This document shows positions 63,780 through 64,000 of a stretch of 64,000 bases of DNA, one piece after another (within the stretch, counting starts at the first letter, position 1; each line of letters begins with the position of its first letter). The notes beneath the pieces are model-generated. The model saw only the letters and a list, made by a program, of their open reading frames with translations. It was not told the origin of the DNA and did not search any database. The position numbers and the translations under genes were made by a program. Source of the DNA: Candidatus Curtissbacteria bacterium RIFCSPLOWO2_02_41_11 (GTDB lineage: Bacteria > Patescibacteriota > Microgenomatia > Curtissbacterales > GWA2-41-24). The stretch lies in NCBI GenBank assembly GCA_001775055.1, contig MFBU01000022.1:3278-67277 (forward strand). The letters are read 5' to 3'.

Positions 63780-64000
63780 TCAAAGATCACGCCATTTAGC
63801 TTCGAAGATATCACCGAGGCCTTCTGTTTGTTTCTTGGCTAAATGACTTTCCAATGACTTAACTGTAAAAATAATTTTATTAGTCCTAAAGATATTCCAA
63901 ACATCACAAATGACGCAATTTGCCGAGACTAGTTTCTTGACTTTGGCAATATCCAGATTTTGGTAATATGAATGGTTAGTCGCCAAAAAGATAAGGTCAG
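63780..64000 (-). CDS. Hypothetical protein, 5' partial (frame open to window end)
   Basis: The ORF has a TTG first in-window start at 63986, and the frame is open to 64000. No motif was recognised. Confidence 0.2.
   Translation of the reverse strand, partial: DLIFLATNHSYYQNLDIAKVKKLVSANCVICDVWNIFRTNKIIFTVKSLESHLAKKQTEGLGDIFEAKWRDL

Noticed and set aside
1-64000. Search for CRISPR arrays, tRNA/rRNA genes, transposases, integrases, and toxin-antitoxin or restriction-modification defence genes
   Set aside because: No regularly spaced direct repeats with unique spacers were found. No tRNA-like cloverleaf candidates or rRNA-like conserved stretches were noticed. No DDE/tyrosine-recombinase motifs were found. 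The methyltransferases present are small-molecule, sugar or FkbM-type class I enzymes, not DNA methyltransferases.

Overview
This is a gene-dense, AT-rich bacterial chromosome segment of about 50 ORFs with overlapping or 4-nt-spaced gene junctions. It uses the standard code: TGA stops are seen, and TTG is the first available start of the partial ORF at each window edge. The composition is compatible with an uncultured or CPR-like low-GC lineage, but the taxon cannot be assigned from sequence alone. Almost the whole window is one cell-envelope glycosylation supercluster, mostly on the minus strand, with long co-directional runs (e.g. 30259-43234, 6601-9567, 11562-12764, 12859-23057) broken only by short intergenic gaps. 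I count about 20 soluble GT-A/GT-B glycosyltransferases: GT4-like ones carrying the E-x7-E 'EAMA.G.P' motif, and GT2-like ones carrying 'YN.......DD.S.D.T'. There are five class-I SAM methyltransferases and several sugar-nucleotide redox enzymes (Gfo/Idh/MocA, DAO-like FAD, SDR epimerase/dehydratase and an NAD-binding protein). Export routes comprise an ABC-2 exporter (Wzm/Wzt) and two Wzx/PST-like flippases. Four polyprenyl-phosphate sugar synthase-like GT2s (GtrB/ArnC/DPM1-like) sit with an SMR/ArnE-like 4-TM protein, a DUF2304-like protein and an LPG-synthase-TM-like flippase domain. There are also about 15 polytopic membrane proteins with an acidic DE/DD/HD motif after TM1, which is the GT-C hallmark. 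These include a tandem array of five ArnT/PMT-like paralogs (31020-41496, all with the Y.AYSILKTG.DE.G motif), a PMT_2-like protein, a PIG-V-like protein, YfhO-like proteins and a 1011-aa protein. The single housekeeping gene is a dihydroorotase (pyrC-like, DVHVHLREPG). No rRNA, tRNA, CRISPR, transposase or integrase signal was found. The observations most worth follow-up are listed here. Short GC-rich, repeat-structured inserts lie in-frame inside several GT-C genes: heptamer CTGACAA-type tandems, a 27-nt GC palindrome shared by two unrelated genes, and a 100-nt hairpin built from 9-mer tandems. Three tandem ArnT-like paralogs share one insertion hotspot. A palindromic intergenic motif, ATTCGTAT/ATACGAAT, is shared by two promoter regions. 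A 9-codon K/R-rich mini-ORF with a perfect SD sits next to a terminator hairpin. A WbdD-like coiled-coil methyltransferase-GT pair is coupled to the ABC exporter.
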